Shown piece after piece: positions 1 through 8,547 of a stretch of DNA of 44,966 nucleotides. Position numbers and translations under genes: made by a program. The DNA lies in the IMG/VR virus record IMGVR_UViG_3300045988_027444. One strand, 5' to 3'. The DNA is from a virus. The notes under the pieces were generated by a model. The model had not been told where the DNA came from. It searched no databases and saw nothing but the letters and a program-made list of their open reading frames with translations. Position 1 is the first letter of the stretch. The number at the start of each line of letters is the position of its first letter.

Positions 1-119
1 AAAGCAAAGTGGAAACAAGATGAAATTGTAAAAGCTGCTGAACTATTAGAAATCTCACAAGATGAGATTGCCGAATATTTTTTTGCCTATAAAGTTCAAG
101 AACTTGAACCAAAAAAAAT
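1..119. repeat. Terminal direct repeat, left copy (identical to 44848-44966)
   Basis: Base-by-base identity read directly. The repeat lies inside the cro-like ORF and keeps its frame. Confidence 0.95.
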
Positions 120-150
120 TAAAATTATGAAAGGAACAAACAATGAATGA
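1..150 (+). CDS. 3' part of the Cro-like XRE-family HTH protein (continues from 44731-44966 across the circular junction)
   Basis: Frame 1 is open from base 1 to TGA 148-150. It is in frame with ATG 44731 via the 119-bp overlap. Confidence 0.8.
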   Translation, partial: KAKWKQDEIVKAAELLEISQDEIAEYFFAYKVQELEPKKIKIMKGTNNE

Positions 151-274
151 ACTAGAAAGAACAGCCCTCAATGAAATACTGAGGACTGTGACATATATAG
201 CTGAGAAGTTGGATGAACTAGATTCTAAGATTTCTTCGAACGATTCACAAGTTCTTGAGCATCAAGAAAATTGA
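143..274 (+). CDS. Possible 43-aa small ORF (MNELERTALNEILRTV...)
   Basis: ATG 143 overlaps the cro stop (ATGAATGA). It runs convergently into the 3' end of the minus-strand gene. No clear RBS. Confidence 0.2.
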   Translation: MNELERTALNEILRTVTYIAEKLDELDSKISSNDSQVLEHQEN

Positions 275-908
275 GTTTCATTTCCATGTAGTGAATAACT
301 CCATGAAGGTAGTTCTTTAGGTCTGTAAAGTCTTTGTCGGGGTTGTTTCTGTAGTAATGACCTTCGTCATTGCCAATATAAGCAGATGCAAGAGCGAATG
401 TTTTAAGGTCTTCGTCCTTAATATATTTTTCGATAACTTGTTTTAGCGACATTTTAATGATTTTACCTTCATCATCAGGGTTGGTAACGATGGAGAAATC
501 TTTAACGAAAAACTCAAGTGCCTTTCGATATCCTATACCTGCAATGTGGTCTAATTGTTCATACTCGGCTTTCAGTGCTTGGACATAGATTTGCTTGCCG
601 ATTGGAGAAACCATCTCTACATCGTCAGATATAGGTATATCGCTTGGAAGATTAGGAATTACTTTGATGTGTTTAATTTCGTATGTTCTGTCGTATGAGT
701 TGATCACATAAGCTATAAATTCCTCCGTCCAGAAGTGCTTACAACCTAAGCATCTAAATGTTAATACCAAATGTGTTTCATCTTCTGTGAGGGGAAAATA
801 AGAAGAATTTACTAGGTCTGGATTGGTTGGTTTTTTACAAATCGGACAGCTGTCTTCAACGGTTACAGGTCTAGAAACAGAAGAGCTTATTTTTGCTTGA
901 AATATCAT
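225..908 (-). CDS. Zn-ribbon plus DUF4145-like protein (227 aa), antisense accessory gene
   Basis: ATG at 908 sits 4 nt after a GGAGAAG RBS (913-919 rc). The tracked start at 947 has no RBS. Motifs are CPICKK...CLGCKH, then IGYRKALEFFVKD...YIGNDEGHY, which resembles the DUF4145 signature. Confidence 0.75.
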   Translation of the reverse strand: MIFQAKISSSVSRPVTVEDSCPICKKPTNPDLVNSSYFPLTEDETHLVLTFRCLGCKHFWTEEFIAYVINSYDRTYEIKHIKVIPNLPSDIPISDDVEMVSPIGKQIYVQALKAEYEQLDHIAGIGYRKALEFFVKDFSIVTNPDDEGKIIKMSLKQVIEKYIKDEDLKTFALASAYIGNDEGHYYRNNPDKDFTDLKNYLHGVIHYMEMKLNFLDAQELVNRSKKS

Positions 909-938
909 AATTCTTCTCCAATCGTTTTTATTGTCTCT

Positions 939-946
939 ATTATACA
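939..946 (-). promoter_or_regulatory. Extended -10 promoter (TGTATAAT) for the DUF4145-like gene
   Basis: The reverse complement of attataca at 939-946 is TGTATAAT, about 30 nt upstream of ATG 908. Confidence 0.55.
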
Positions 947-967
947 AAACTTAGAAAGGAAAAGTAA

Positions 968-1210
968 ATGCAAGAAATCACCTACAAACCAGCCGGAGTT
1001 AACGAAACGGCTGAGTGGGGAGACTACGACCACCTCATGCAACGGTGGGAAGGTCTTGGGAAGTCAATGGCGAAGAACCTCATCAGAGAAATGAGGGATA
1101 ACAAAGACTTCCGGGACTACGTATTCAACCCAACACATAAACTGGTTTTCATTAACTATGAAGGCTTTAAGTCCTTCATCGAATGGAAAACTAGAAACAG
1201 ATTCAAATAA
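968..1210 (+). CDS. Hypothetical early protein, 80 aa
   Basis: ORF with an AAAGGAAAAG RBS upstream. No motif recognised. Confidence 0.6.
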   Translation: MQEITYKPAGVNETAEWGDYDHLMQRWEGLGKSMAKNLIREMRDNKDFRDYVFNPTHKLVFINYEGFKSFIEWKTRNRFK

Positions 1211-1397
1211 CACACACTGGCAAGAGATTGCCTAGCACTAATATCCCTAGCCGTAACAGTGAGCTAGTGAGGAAACTGAACGATACCAACTAAGTAAGCA
1301 ACAACGATTTGATATTCATAAGTCTCCTTAAATATATATGAATTAAAAACCTCGCTAGTTCTCTAGTGCGGTTAGGGAATAAGAAAGGAATTTAAAA

Positions 1398-1553
1398 ATG
1401 AAAAAACTACTTAAATGGCTATTTGTAAAAGAGAAACAAGAACCAGAATATTTCTTCGAACCCGTATGGACACCATACGAGGAAAACGAACGCAAATATG
1501 AAGCTCGCCAAAAACGTGAACAAGAGCTTTTGGCAAAATACGGAAACCGATAA
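1398..1553 (+). CDS. Small hypothetical protein, 51 aa (MKKLLKWLFVKEKQEPEYFF...)
   Basis: ATG 1398 lies 8 nt after AAGAAAGGAA. It is below the ORF-track cutoff and was translated by hand. Confidence 0.4.
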   Translation: MKKLLKWLFVKEKQEPEYFFEPVWTPYEENERKYEARQKREQELLAKYGNR

Positions 1554-1562
1554 CATTACCAT

Positions 1563-1713
1563 CTTCAATCCGTAGCCACGGCTCACCGTGGAGTGTAACT
1601 TATACCTTTCCCCAAAAAAATCTTTACTAAATTACTTTTTTCCTAATTTTCCCATTCATAAGTCTAATAAAACATTGAAATACGACACGGTGGGCTATGG
1701 GTGCGGATTGAAG
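1563..1713. repeat. Imperfect 28-nt inverted repeat (1563-1590 / 1686-1713) enclosing a 95-nt AT-rich segment
   Basis: cttcaatccg...caccgtg pairs with cacggtg...cggattgaag. The outer 10 bp and inner 7 bp are perfect, and the middle is mostly paired. Confidence 0.6.
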
Positions 1714-1717
1714 CACT

Positions 1718-1744
1718 AAAAAAAGCACAGGTAAGGGCCTGTGC
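1718..1744 (-). terminator. Hairpin with a T-run on the minus strand (GCACAGG-6-CCTGTGC after A7 on plus)
   Basis: A 7-bp perfect stem at 1725-1744 is preceded by aaaaaaa at 1718-1724. It reads as an intrinsic terminator only on the minus strand. Confidence 0.45.
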
Positions 1745-1773
1745 AGAGAAAATTATACCAAGGAGATTATACC

Positions 1774-3567
1774 ATGAAAACACAAACAATTGCAAAACCA
1801 TCTTTCACTAAATCAAAAGCCTATGGTCTTTGCGGAACACTTGCGCTCGCTACAGCATTGCTTATCGGTGCTGGCCAAATATCAGCGGACGAAACAACAC
1901 AGCCAGTAGTTGACGCTCAACCAGCGGTGTCTAATGTCTATACAGCTGACAACGCTGGAAATGTCACAGTTACACCTAGCGAACCAGCGGCAGAAACACC
2001 AAAAGTGTTGGCACCAGCACCAGTAGAATCTCAACCGATTGCAGAAGCACCAGCAACAGTCGAAACTACTCCAGCGGTTGCTACCGAATCAGCACCATTG
2101 GCAGAAGTAGCTCAACCAGTAGCTGAAACGCCTAAACAGCCTACTGAATTTGTCAAAGAAGACAACGAAATTAAAGTAACTAATCCAGATGTTATCGTTG
2201 ACCAATCAAACGGAACTGGTAAATACAGTGGTTTTACAGTGGAATATAAAGACGTTAAATTCCCAGATAGCATGCCTATCAACGAAGGGGATAAGGTAAC
2301 ATTCAACCTTCCAAAAGAAATCAACTTCCAAACAAACTATGATTTTGATGTCTATAACCCAGAAAAAGCTGTTGTTGGTAAGGCTTCAACTGACCCTAAG
2401 ACACAAACAGTAACAACCGTATTTAACGATTACTTCAAGAACCATCCACTCAATAAACAAATGTCATTGAAGCTCGATGCTAAGTGGACTGACAAGGTTG
2501 AAAGTGGCAAGCCAGTTAACGTTAATTTCAATGGTACAGTGGTTACTGTTAATATTGGCAAAGAACAAGAAATCGGTAAAGATGAATTACTTTCTAAATG
2601 GGGCAGCCAAGACGAGAATGACCCAACTGTTATCAACTGGACTGCTCGTATTAACTACGCTAAGAGAGTGCTCAACTATGTGACTATCATTGATGAAATG
2701 TCAGAGAATCAAAAGTTAGTTGATAACTTCTTTGAAGTAAAGAATATTGAAAGTGTTGATCCGTGGATTGACAAAGGCTCAGCTATGGACTTAGTTAAGT
2801 CTATCAGTAAGTCAGATCGTGGCTTTACTATCAAGATGGATCGCTTGGATCACATGATCTACATCAACTATAAGACTAAGCTTGTTAACGCTGTCAAGGA
2901 CTCAGTTAACCCAACGAACAAAATTGAGTTGAAAGCAGAAACAGATGGAGCTACTTCGTATAGCTATGTACAACTCGTAGGAGGAAAGGGTGATGCGTCT
3001 GGTGAGAACAAACCAGAACCAACTTTTGAGGTGCCAAACGAAGCGCCTAAAGTAGACATTCCAGAATTTGAGGGCGGTATCCCCGGAATCCCAGAGGTGC
3101 GAGAATTACCGGAGTATACTGAGCCAATCGGAACAGTTCCTAATGAAGCCCCAGTACATGATAAGCCAGAGTTCCAAGGTGGTATCCCTGGTATTCCAGA
3201 AGAACGTGAGCTCCCACCATTTGAAGGTGGCACAGTGCCAAACGATGCCCCTGTCCTTGACTTGCCAGAATTGCACATTCCGGAAGAACCAACTAAGCCA
3301 ACACCAGAAAAACCAGTGACACCAAAAGAAGTGCCTAACAAGCCCGCAGACGCTCCTAAAGATAAAGCGGCACAATCTACCACAGTATCGTATAAGCTCG
3401 ATTCCGAGCCAAAAGAGGTGGCAAATACGACGGTTTACGGTGGTGTTCTCCCTAACACTGGTGAGAAAGAGGGCATCATGTCAACTCTTGGTCTAGCAGT
3501 TATCGCTGTTGGTATCGCAGGTTTGACATTGAGCTTCAAGAAATATAACGAAAGAGGAGAGAATTAA
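1774..3567 (+). CDS. LPXTG cell-wall-anchored surface adhesin, Cna/MSCRAMM-like collagen-binding-type domain plus Pro-rich repeats
   Basis: ATG 1774 follows an AAGGAG RBS. Signal peptide ends ...GAGQISA/DE. GDKVTFNLP...VTTVFNDYF resembles a Cna-type fold. Three PNEAP..PEF.GGIPGIPE repeats. LPNTG (3448-3462), then a TM helix and KKYNERGEN tail. Confidence 0.85.
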   Translation: MKTQTIAKPSFTKSKAYGLCGTLALATALLIGAGQISADETTQPVVDAQPAVSNVYTADNAGNVTVTPSEPAAETPKVLAPAPVESQPIAEAPATVETTPAVATESAPLAEVAQPVAETPKQPTEFVKEDNEIKVTNPDVIVDQSNGTGKYSGFTVEYKDVKFPDSMPINEGDKVTFNLPKEINFQTNYDFDVYNPEKAVVGKASTDPKTQTVTTVFNDYFKNHPLNKQMSLKLDAKWTDKVESGKPVNVNFNGTVVTVNIGKEQEIGKDELLSKWGSQDENDPTVINWTARINYAKRVLNYVTIIDEMSENQKLVDNFFEVKNIESVDPWIDKGSAMDLVKSISKSDRGFTIKMDRLDHMIYINYKTKLVNAVKDSVNPTNKIELKAETDGATSYSYVQLVGGKGDASGENKPEPTFEVPNEAPKVDIPEFEGGIPGIPEVRELPEYTEPIGTVPNEAPVHDKPEFQGGIPGIPEERELPPFEGGTVPNDAPVLDLPELHIPEEPTKPTPEKPVTPKEVPNKPADAPKDKAAQSTTVSYKLDSEPKEVANTTVYGGVLPNTGEKEGIMSTLGLAVIAVGIAGLTLSFKKYNERGEN

Positions 3568-3782
3568 TGGAAGTAAAAAAAGAACCTAAAACCTCTTATC
3601 ATCACGTTAGATGTAGCAAAGAGGCTTATGACCAAATCGCTGAAATCGCTAATGAGTGTGACTTGACTATTGCTAATGTAGCTACTTCATTACTACTCTA
3701 TGCGTTGAATCACACCGAAATCGTCAGTGTTGAAAAAGTAGTGACTGAGAGCCGCTTAGTCATCGGAGGTGGGAACGAATGA
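3567..3782 (+). CDS. Small protein, possibly ribbon-helix-helix DNA binding
   Basis: TAATG overlap with the adhesin stop. The beta-alpha-alpha pattern (HHVRCSKEAYDQIAEIANE...) is suggestive only. Confidence 0.5.
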   Translation: MEVKKEPKTSYHHVRCSKEAYDQIAEIANECDLTIANVATSLLLYALNHTEIVSVEKVVTESRLVIGGGNE

Positions 3783-5092
3783 GTATCGCAATAAATAAGC
3801 TAGAGATTGAAAACGTCAAACGGATCAAAGCAGTTAAGGTTGAGCCATCACCTACCGGTCTAACGGTAATTGGTGGAAATAACAACCAAGGCAAAACTAG
3901 CGTGCTAGATTCTATCGCTTGGGCTTTGGGTGGAAATCGTTTTAAACCTAGCAAGGCAACCCGTGAGGGGTCTGTTATCCCTCCATCGCTCAAGATCACT
4001 ATGTCAAATGGCTTGGTCGTTGAACGCAAAGGTAAGAATAGTTCGCTTAAGGTTATTGATCCAGAGGGTAATAAAGGTGGACAACAACTGCTTGACAGTT
4101 TTGTTGAAGAGTTGGCTATTAATTTGCCTAAGTTTATGGAAAGTACAGCCAAAGAAAAAGCTGATACGCTCTTACAAATCATTGGGGTTGGGCCGCAGTT
4201 GGCTGAGCTTGAAATCAAAGAAAAGCAATTGTATGACCAACGTCATGCCATTGGTGTTATCGCTGACCAAAAAGAGAAGTTCGCCAAAGAACAGACTTAC
4301 TATCCAGATGCGCCAAAAGAACTTATCTCTATCGCTGACTTGATTGCTGAACAGCAGGAAGTTTTAGCCAGGAATGGGGAAAATGCTCGCAAACGCCAAA
4401 ACGCTAGTCAAATCCAAGCGCAATATGATGCCAAAGTGGCAGAAGTCAACCGTCTGTCACAGCAATTGGTAGAGGCTCAGGAAATTTTACAAAAGCTCGC
4501 TGATGATTTGGCTATCGCTCATAAAGATGCGACTGACTTGGTAGATGAATCCACTGAGGAAATCGAAAGCAATATTGCTAACATCGAACAGATTAACCTT
4601 AAAGTCCGTGCTAACTTGGACAAGGACAAAGCGGAAGAGGATGCCAAGGCTCAACGTGAGCAGTATAACAAGTTGTCTGTTCAAATCGAAGATGTTCGTA
4701 AAAGTAAACGTGACTTATTAACCAATGCAAACTTGCCTCTGGAAGGCTTGATTGTAGATGATGGGAAGTTACTTTACCTTGGTCAAGAATGGGATAACAT
4801 GTCGGGATCTCAACAACTCATGGTAGCGACCGCAATTGTCCGAAAACTAAAACCAGATTGTGGCTTCGTTTTAATCGACAAGCTCGAACAAATGGACCAA
4901 ATCACATTGGACCAATTTGGAAAATGGCTTGAGGATGAAGGTCTCCAAGCTATTGCAACGAGAGTATCGACTGGTGATGAATGCTCAATTATCATCGAAG
5001 ATGGTTATAGCATCGACAACAAAACGCATCAGCCAACAGTTGAAGCCAAATCCGAAACACCACAAACGCCATCATGGCAAGGAGGATTTTAA
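3779..5092 (+). CDS. SMC/RecF-like AAA ATPase with coiled-coil insert
   Basis: N-terminal Walker A GGNNNQGKTS. Long coiled-coil middle. C-terminal signature/Walker B region (SGSQQL...VLIDKLE). Confidence 0.75.
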   Translation: MSIAINKLEIENVKRIKAVKVEPSPTGLTVIGGNNNQGKTSVLDSIAWALGGNRFKPSKATREGSVIPPSLKITMSNGLVVERKGKNSSLKVIDPEGNKGGQQLLDSFVEELAINLPKFMESTAKEKADTLLQIIGVGPQLAELEIKEKQLYDQRHAIGVIADQKEKFAKEQTYYPDAPKELISIADLIAEQQEVLARNGENARKRQNASQIQAQYDAKVAEVNRLSQQLVEAQEILQKLADDLAIAHKDATDLVDESTEEIESNIANIEQINLKVRANLDKDKAEEDAKAQREQYNKLSVQIEDVRKSKRDLLTNANLPLEGLIVDDGKLLYLGQEWDNMSGSQQLMVATAIVRKLKPDCGFVLIDKLEQMDQITLDQFGKWLEDEGLQAIATRVSTGDECSIIIEDGYSIDNKTHQPTVEAKSETPQTPSWQGGF

Positions 5093-6174
5093 TGCAAATC
5101 ACAAGAGGGATTAAAGCCAGAGCTCAGAAGGTTGTTATCTACGGCCCTGAGGGCATCGGAAAGTCTAGCTTTGCAGCGCAATTTCCCGACCCTGTCTTCA
5201 TCGACACGGAAGGGTCGACAGACAATATGGATGTTGCACGGTTGGATAAGCCGTCCAGCTGGACAATGTTGCTAAATGAGATTGCTTTTATCAAAGCAAA
5301 TCCGACATCGTGCAAGACTTTGGTTATAGATACGATTGACTGGGCTGAGTCGCTGGCCGTTGAGTCAGTTTGCGCTCAGCATGGTAAGAAAGGTATCGAA
5401 GATTTTGGATGGGGTAATGGATATACCTACGTCCGTGAAGAAATTGGTCGCTTCCTAAATAGTCTAAGCGAATTGATTGATCTAGGAATTAATGTTGTTC
5501 TTACTGCACACGCTCAGATTAAGACCTTCACTCAACCAGATGAAATGGGTAGCTATGATCGTTACGAGCTCAAACTTGGAAAGAAAACAAGCTCACAGAC
5601 AGCACCATTGGTTAAAGAATGGGCTGACATGGTTCTATTCTGTAACTACGAAACAATCGTAATGACTGATGAAAAATCCAAGAAATCGAAAGCACAAGGT
5701 GGACAGCGTGTCATGTATACACAGCACCATCCAGCTTGGGATGCAAAGAACCGTCATAACTTACCAAACAAGTTGCCACTAGATTATGCAGGCATTGCTC
5801 ACATCTTTAATGTTCAACAGGCACAAGCTGAACCAGTACCACCTGCCGCACAACCAGAAATGGAACAGCCAGCACCGGCACCAGTACCGCAACAAGAAGT
5901 GACACCGTCTGAAACAGTGGCAGAAAATCCTGCACCGGTGGAGCGTGGCGAGTACCAAGAACCAGCACCATTCATCGACCCAGCGCTACGTGATTTGATG
6001 ATTGCCAATCAGGTCACTGAACAAGAACTTCAACAGGCAGTAGCTTCAAAAGGTTACTACCCTGTTGAAACACCTATCTCAATGTACGACAAATCATTCA
6101 TTGACGGGGCTCTAGTAGCTACTTGGGATCGTGTCTTTGAAATGGTTAAAGAAATCCGTGGATCAGAATTTTAG
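5092..6174 (+). CDS. Sak4-like RecA-fold ATPase (single-strand annealing/recombination)
   Basis: ATG 5092 follows AAGGAGGA and overlaps the upstream stop. Walker A GPEGIGKSS. Pro/Gln linker and a C-terminal domain. Confidence 0.7.
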   Translation: MQITRGIKARAQKVVIYGPEGIGKSSFAAQFPDPVFIDTEGSTDNMDVARLDKPSSWTMLLNEIAFIKANPTSCKTLVIDTIDWAESLAVESVCAQHGKKGIEDFGWGNGYTYVREEIGRFLNSLSELIDLGINVVLTAHAQIKTFTQPDEMGSYDRYELKLGKKTSSQTAPLVKEWADMVLFCNYETIVMTDEKSKKSKAQGGQRVMYTQHHPAWDAKNRHNLPNKLPLDYAGIAHIFNVQQAQAEPVPPAAQPEMEQPAPAPVPQQEVTPSETVAENPAPVERGEYQEPAPFIDPALRDLMIANQVTEQELQQAVASKGYYPVETPISMYDKSFIDGALVATWDRVFEMVKEIRGSEF

Positions 6175-6183
6175 GAGGAACTC

Positions 6184-6342
6184 ATGACAGATAAAACTAT
6201 CAAATTAGACCTATCGCAAATCGGCGAAGGTGGTCTTCAAGAAAAAGTTGATCAAGAACTTGAAAAAGTCATCGTTAACATCTTAGACCCAAACACTAAA
6301 ACAGGACTCGAAGATCAAGACAATATCACTATTTTGGCTTAA
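6184..6342 (+). CDS. Small hypothetical protein, 52 aa
   Basis: ATG 6184 follows a TAGGAGGAA RBS. Hand-translated as MTDKTIKLDLSQIGEGGLQ... Confidence 0.45.
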   Translation: MTDKTIKLDLSQIGEGGLQEKVDQELEKVIVNILDPNTKTGLEDQDNITILA

Positions 6343-6360
6343 TAAGGAAGGATTTTATAC

Positions 6361-6954
6361 ATGACTTACAACAATAACTTTGAACGTGAATTCGGATGGG
6401 ATGATACTATCCAAGAGGACAGCAAGGAGTTTATCACACTGACTCCCGGTGATTATGTCTTCACTGTAACAAATTTCGAACGCGGGCGTCACACTCCCAA
6501 CCCACAAAAACCTGGGAAACTTCCAGCATGTAACAAAGCAATCATCACAATCCAAGTTGAGACTGAAGAAGGTCTTGCAACAATGACACACAATCTATTC
6601 TTGCACTCATCTACCGAAGGAATGCTCTCAGCGTTCTTCGGTGCTATTGGACAAAAGAAACACGGAGAACCACTCCAAATGAATTGGAACACCGTTGTAG
6701 GTTCAACAGGGGTGTGTCGTGTCGGAAACCGCACATACAAAGACACTGTATATAACGATGTCAAACAAATGATCTACGCTGACAGTGTTGATTGGACAAA
6801 AGTGTTGAATGCCAATGTTTCTCAAGGTGGTGGACAACAAGCTCCTCAACAACAAGCGCCTAACTACCAAGCGGCTCCTCAGCAAAATCAAGGGTATCAA
6901 CAACCCCAACAACCTCAACAAGCCCCTAACGGTGGTGGATTCGGAGGATTCTAA
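6361..6954 (+). CDS. DUF669-like protein (SSB-like partner of Sak4), Q/P-rich tail ending GGGFGGF
   Basis: Position next to the Sak4-like gene, and overall similarity to the DUF669 family as remembered. Confidence 0.6.
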   Translation: MTYNNNFEREFGWDDTIQEDSKEFITLTPGDYVFTVTNFERGRHTPNPQKPGKLPACNKAIITIQVETEEGLATMTHNLFLHSSTEGMLSAFFGAIGQKKHGEPLQMNWNTVVGSTGVCRVGNRTYKDTVYNDVKQMIYADSVDWTKVLNANVSQGGGQQAPQQQAPNYQAAPQQNQGYQQPQQPQQAPNGGGFGGF

Positions 6955-8537
6955 TGCAACTTAGACCTTACCAAGAAGAGGCAAGGGCTAAGGTACAGCA
7001 AGAGTGGAAGGAGGGCAGGAAGCGCACGCTACTTGTCCTACCCACTGGCTGTGGTAAGACCATTGTTTTTTCAAAAATTATAGAAGACCGTGTCAAGATG
7101 GGAGAACGTGTTCTTGTTCTCGCTCATCGTTCAGAACTTTTGGAACAAGCCAGTGATAAATTAATGACGGCTACAGGATTGGGAACGGCGTTGGAGAAAG
7201 CTGAAAACACTTCAATCGGCTCATGGTTCCGTGTGGTGGTAGGCTCTGTCCAGACCATGCAGCGTGAGAAACGTCTCAGTCAGTTCCCGTCAAACCACTT
7301 TGACACTATTGTCATCGACGAAGCCCATCATGCTATCTCAGACGGTTATCAACGTGTGCTGGAACACTTCAAAGATGCCAACGTCTTAGGTGTTACAGCC
7401 ACTCCCGACCGTGGCGATATGCGAAATTTAGGTAGCTACTTTGACAGTTTGGCTTATGAATACCCACTAGTAGATGCTATTAAATCAGGGTATTTATCGA
7501 AAATCACAGCTATTACAATCCCTCTTGAACTTGACTTATCAACAGTCAGTCAACAAGCCGGAGATTTCAAGGCTAGTGAAATCGGAACAGCCCTAGACCC
7601 ATACCTTGACCAAATCGCTGACGAAATGGTTAAGCAGTGCAAGGATAGAAAGACAGTGGTATTTCTGCCCTTAGTTAAAACCTCACAGAAATTTCGTGAC
7701 ATCTTAAATGCAAAAGGGTTTAAGGCGGCTGAGGTCAACGGTGAATCCAAGGATCGTGCTGAGGTTTTGGAGGATTTTGACAAAGACAAATACAACGTCC
7801 TCTGTAACTCGATGCTATTAACTGAGGGGTGGGACTGTCCAACAGTAGACTGCGTGGTTGTGTTGAGACCCACAAAGGTTCGAGCGCTCTATAGTCAAAT
7901 GGTGGGACGTGGTACACGTCTTGCACCAGGAAAGGAAAATCTATTACTACTCGATTTCCTATGGCACACTGAGCGCCATGAACTTTGCAGACCAGCGCAC
8001 TTAATTGCTAGCAGTCCAGAAGTTGCCAAAAAGATGACTGAAAATATGGCTGAAGATACAGAAGTTGAGTTCAGTCTGTTAGAAGCTGAAGAACAAGCTA
8101 GCAAGGATGTCGTTGCTGAACGTGAAGAAGCACTTGCAAAGCAGTTGGCTGAACAGCGCCGTAAAAAGCGTAAGTTAGTGGACCCACTTCAATTTGAAAT
8201 GTCTATCCAAGCTGAAGACTTAGCGGACTACGTCCCATCATTCGGTTGGGAAATGGCCCCGCCATCCGACAAACAACTTAAAGCTCTCGAGAAGTTCGGT
8301 ATTTATACTGAGGAAATTGGAAATGCAGGGAAGGCTGGTAAGCTCTTGGATCGTTTGAATAAGCGTAAAGAAAGTGGCTTGACAACGCCTAAACAAATCC
8401 GATTGCTCGAAGGTCGTGGTTTCCGGAATGTCGGCATGTGGAAATTTGAAGATGCTAGTAATTTGATCAATCGAATTGCTGCAAGCGGCTGGAGAATGCC
8501 AAAAGGAATCATTCCAGCTACATACCAGCCAGAATAA
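6954..8537 (+). CDS. Superfamily-2 DEAD/DEAH-box DNA helicase
   Basis: Walker A LPTGCGKT, DEAH box VIDEAHH, motif VI QMVGRGTR. Confidence 0.85.
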   Translation: MQLRPYQEEARAKVQQEWKEGRKRTLLVLPTGCGKTIVFSKIIEDRVKMGERVLVLAHRSELLEQASDKLMTATGLGTALEKAENTSIGSWFRVVVGSVQTMQREKRLSQFPSNHFDTIVIDEAHHAISDGYQRVLEHFKDANVLGVTATPDRGDMRNLGSYFDSLAYEYPLVDAIKSGYLSKITAITIPLELDLSTVSQQAGDFKASEIGTALDPYLDQIADEMVKQCKDRKTVVFLPLVKTSQKFRDILNAKGFKAAEVNGESKDRAEVLEDFDKDKYNVLCNSMLLTEGWDCPTVDCVVVLRPTKVRALYSQMVGRGTRLAPGKENLLLLDFLWHTERHELCRPAHLIASSPEVAKKMTENMAEDTEVEFSLLEAEEQASKDVVAEREEALAKQLAEQRRKKRKLVDPLQFEMSIQAEDLADYVPSFGWEMAPPSDKQLKALEKFGIYTEEIGNAGKAGKLLDRLNKRKESGLTTPKQIRLLEGRGFRNVGMWKFEDASNLINRIAASGWRMPKGIIPATYQPE

Positions 8538-8547
8538 AGGAGATTAA

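Noticed and set aside
897-1094. A 65-aa plus-strand ORF overlaps the start of the DUF4145-like gene and the 968 gene.
   Set aside because: It is out of frame with the better-supported 968-1210 ORF, which has an RBS. Its own start lies inside the divergent promoter and RBS region.
1741-1773. The tracked GTG start at 1741 for the adhesin.
   Set aside because: The GTG lies inside the 1725-1744 hairpin and has no RBS. ATG 1774 has AAGGAG 8 nt upstream and gives a normal signal peptide.
2964-3383. Antisense and alternative-frame ORFs lie in the Pro-rich repeat region of the adhesin gene (2964-3383 minus, 3068-3319 plus, 3106-3375 minus).
   Set aside because: Repeat-driven open frames inside a well-supported LPXTG gene, with no start context.
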